A DNA stretch of 17,599 nucleotides. It comes from Candidatus Zixiibacteriota bacterium. GTDB lineage: Bacteria; Zixibacteria; MSB-5A5; GN15; FEB-12. Shown here in pieces: positions 15,163 to 17,599 of this stretch (its first letter is position 1; every line of letters starts with the position of its first letter). The stretch spans positions 1-17,599 of the forward strand of contig JBGSIV010000061.1 in assembly GCA_041742355.1 (NCBI GenBank). The letters run 5' to 3'. The notes beneath the pieces are model-generated. The model saw nothing but the letters and a program-made list of their open reading frames with translations, was not told the origin of the DNA and did no database searches. Both the position numbers and the translations under genes were made by a program.

Positions 15163-15412
15163 GGTGAACGTGGATTCCCGACGTGGGTGCAAGTCAATGT
15201 CAGGATCGCGACGGTCATGCTACGTACAAGGCCCTGTGGAAAGTGACGATGGGGAAAGCACGCGGAAGTGAAACGCGGAAACCGACCAGGCCGGCCCCTC
15301 CTCTACGGACATCGGTAGTGTCTTCCTCTCCGCAGGGGGCGGCCTTCGTGCCGCTCCAAGTCATCGCGGCCAATGAGGACATTTGCCGTGCACTTCCGTA
15401 GCACCAAGACAA

Positions 15413-15444
15413 GGACTGGATCCCGGGTCGTAACCCGGGATGAC
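15413..15444. repeat. REP-like palindrome family C, copy 2
   Basis: GGACTGGATCCCGGGTCGTAACCCGGGATGAC, matching 878-908. Confidence 0.75.
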
Positions 15445-15483
15445 AGTGTCTGAGCGTCAGGTCTGAGTCTTGCCGTGTCCTGC

Positions 15484-15512
15484 TTGCCCCTGCCCCGGCG
15501 ACGACCTATATT
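15484..15512 (+). promoter_or_regulatory. Sigma70 promoter placing +1 at or near the rqcH ATG
   Basis: TTGCCC (15484-15489), 17 nt, TATATT (15507-15512), then CCCCC and ATG at 15518; no SD. Confidence 0.5.
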
Positions 15513-15517
15513 CCCCC

Positions 15518-17185
15518 ATGCAAACCGCACTGCACATACTGGCCCTGGTCGATGAACTTCGCCGCGAAGTAACCGGCGGGCGCGTTGTCTCCACCGAGTT
15601 CTATAAGAAGGACCGCGCCGCGTATATCTTCGTCAAGGGGCCCAACACCCGGGTCGCGCTCGGGTTTCTGTACCATCCGCACGGCTACGGCGTGTTCGTG
15701 ATTCCCGCGTCGAAAGTTAAAATCGACACCCGTGAGAAACCCTGGCCGATATTCGCGCTCGACGGCGCAGCGGTTACAGCTGTCGAACAACTGGTGCTGG
15801 ATCGGCTGTTCACTCTGACGATTGGGGCGGGGGAGACAGAAGTAAAGGTGGTGGTCGAGGCGACCGGCGCGAACGGGAATCTCTGGCTCGTGGATGCCGA
15901 CGGGGCGGTGCGCGGCACGCTGCGCAAGCGGGATGTCAACCCCGGCGAAACCTATACGCCCCCGGAGCCGTTCGGCGGGCTCGATCCGTTCGAACTCACC
16001 GCTGATGATCTGATCGCGCTCGCCGACGAATCGCCGGAGAGCAGCCCGATCATGCTCCTGCAGAAGAACATTGTCGGGTTCAATCGCACGCTGGCGATCG
16101 AGGCGGTGCACCGGGCGGGGATCGACCGCGAGGATCGCACGCCGGATTCATTGGGAGCACTGGCGCGGACAGTGCGCGATCTCGCCAACAGGTTTCGCAG
16201 TGCCGACTCAGGATACCTGCATACAGTGGCCGGACGGCCGGAGGTTTATCCCTTCAAGCTCGCGTCGGCCGGCGAACCGGAGGAGAAGTTCAAGAGCCTG
16301 TCGCTGGCGGTGTACCACATGACCACGGTGCGCCAGACGACAACCGAGCAGGCGGATGAAGAGAAGACGGTACTGTCGGCGGTCAACCGGGCAATCAAGC
16401 GCCTCGAACGCAGGATCGCCAATGTCGAGGGAGATCTTGTGCAGGCCACCGATTTCGAACGGTACAAGCGACTCGGCGAACTGCTCCAGATCAATTTCGA
16501 TTCGATTAAGCGCGGGATGGAGTCAATTACGGTCGAGGATATCTTCCTCGATCCGCACGAAGCGGTGACGATCAAACTGGATCCGGCCCAGTCGCCATCG
16601 GAGAATGTCGACGAGTATTTCAAGAAGCACCGCAAGGGGCGCGAGGGGCTGGAGTTGTTGCAGCGGCGTCTCGAAATCAGCCGGGTCGAACTGGCCGAAC
16701 TTCGGCGGATGCACGAGGAGCTTTCGCAGAATTTCGAGTCGGCCCGCGAGCGGTATCGGATCGACATCGAATCGCTCCTACCAAAAGAGGGTGCGAAGGA
16801 TGAAACGGCGCCAAGGCTTCCGTATCGGGAATACACCCTCTCGACCGGGCTGACGATCTTCGTGGGGCGCGACGGCTCCGACAACGACCGCACGACGTTC
16901 GAATACGCGAAGCCGTACGAGATTTGGCTGCACACGCAGCAGTGCCCGGGGTCGCACGTCGTGATCAAGCACCCGAACAAGTCGTTCGAGCCGTCGAAAG
17001 CGGAGATCGCCGAGGCGGCCGCGATTGCGGCGTGGTTCTCCAAGGCGCGCAACGATACGATGGTGCCGGTGATATTCACTGAGCGCCGGTATGTGCGCAA
17101 GCCGCGCAAGGCGAAACCGGGGCTGGTGACGGTGGAGAAGGAGAAGTCGGTGATGGTCGCGCCGACGAAGCCGTCGGGGGAGTGA
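15518..17185 (+). CDS. rqcH: Rqc2/RqcH (NFACT, FbpA-like) ribosome quality-control protein, 555 aa
   Basis: NFACT-N with VEQLVLDRLF and GANGNLWLVD; coiled coils with GELLQIN and LDPAQSPSENVDEYFKK; NFACT-R IFVGRDGSDND...WLHTQQCPGSHVVI...RYVRKPRKAKPGLV. Start moved from 15470 to the ATG at 15518. Confidence 0.92.
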   Translation: MQTALHILALVDELRREVTGGRVVSTEFYKKDRAAYIFVKGPNTRVALGFLYHPHGYGVFVIPASKVKIDTREKPWPIFALDGAAVTAVEQLVLDRLFTLTIGAGETEVKVVVEATGANGNLWLVDADGAVRGTLRKRDVNPGETYTPPEPFGGLDPFELTADDLIALADESPESSPIMLLQKNIVGFNRTLAIEAVHRAGIDREDRTPDSLGALARTVRDLANRFRSADSGYLHTVAGRPEVYPFKLASAGEPEEKFKSLSLAVYHMTTVRQTTTEQADEEKTVLSAVNRAIKRLERRIANVEGDLVQATDFERYKRLGELLQINFDSIKRGMESITVEDIFLDPHEAVTIKLDPAQSPSENVDEYFKKHRKGREGLELLQRRLEISRVELAELRRMHEELSQNFESARERYRIDIESLLPKEGAKDETAPRLPYREYTLSTGLTIFVGRDGSDNDRTTFEYAKPYEIWLHTQQCPGSHVVIKHPNKSFEPSKAEIAEAAAIAAWFSKARNDTMVPVIFTERRYVRKPRKAKPGLVTVEKEKSVMVAPTKPSGE

Positions 17186-17237
17186 GAGTGCATTGCCGTC
17201 GGTTAAGTTACCCGGAGATGTGGCCGTCAGAAGCGAG

Positions 17238-17271
17238 GAGAGATTGCTTCGTCGCTTCGTTCCTCGCAATG
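17238..17271. repeat. REP-like palindrome (GAGAGATTGCTTCGTCGCTTCGTTCCTCGCAATG)
   Basis: ATTGC...GCAAT arms, plus complementarity between GCGAGGA just upstream and TCCTCGC; single copy in this window. Confidence 0.5.
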
Positions 17272-17360
17272 GGCATAATGCTCAAAATGTGTTGATGATT
17301 TCCCTGTAATGAGTTCTTACTCTTGGAGTTTTGAGGGATAAGTCTGAGGAGTCTCAGAGT

Positions 17361-17599
17361 ATGGGTCAAAAAGGTTTTGTCGGTGTTGTGGAGCGTACGG
17401 TGCAATACGGAATGGACGGAGTCGTGGCAAACAACGGTGGTTGTGCCGCAGCTGTGGCCGCACGTTTGTTGAGCCCGGGTTGCCGCGGCGGCGGGACCGC
17501 CAGTTCATTTGGTTTAAGCGGTGGATGGTGGAAGGGTACAGCATCCGTCAGCTGGCCAGTCTCAGTGGGTACAGCGAGAACACGATCAGACGTATTGTC
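17361..17599 (+). mobile_element. IS transposase N-terminus (Zn ribbon + HTH; IS1 InsA-like or Zn-binding IS256 variant), truncated by the window edge
   Basis: The frame from 17369 reads KRFCRCCGAYGAIRNGRSRGKQRWLCRSCGRTFVEPGLPRRRDRQFIWFKRWMVEGYSIRQLASLSGYSENTIRRIV. SD GAGGAG and the ATG at 17361 are in the adjacent frame. Confidence 0.8.

Noticed and set aside
15470..15517. N-terminal extension MPCPACPCPG of rqcH as a metal-binding motif
   Set aside because: This stretch is the predicted promoter; NFACT-like sequence begins at the ATG at 15518.
17305..17330. TGTAATGAGTTCTTAC as the IS left terminal inverted repeat
   Set aside because: Only a loose resemblance to IS1 ends, and the right end is outside the window, so it cannot be confirmed.

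Overview
This is a GC-rich bacterial window in the standard genetic code. The left part (1-4300) holds a partial LYS4/LysF-type homoaconitase and an HD-domain gene, both on the - strand. Between them lies an accessory patch with many REP-like palindromes, a decayed VOC/glyoxalase gene and an AT-richer, frameshifted gene with a zinc-knuckle/TPR/2TM layout. The core (4524-15095, + strand) is a trans-envelope electron-transfer locus: TetR regulator, MtrA/DmsE-type decaheme cytochrome, an outer-membrane beta-barrel with one CXXCH, a NapC/NirT-type 7-heme membrane cytochrome, and two CbcL-like multiheme-c/cytochrome-b fusions (21 and 11 CXXCH). The main observation is that the barrel is interrupted by one in-frame TGA (7881-7883) followed by a SECIS-like hairpin, so it is probably a single 743-aa selenoprotein and not two ORFs. 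Rex-type operator motifs lie near each of the three predicted promoters, and two more are embedded in the decaheme coding sequence. The right end has rqcH/NFACT (probably leaderless) and the truncated start of a Zn-ribbon/HTH IS transposase that needs a -1 shift. All calls come from manual motif reading; no searches were run.
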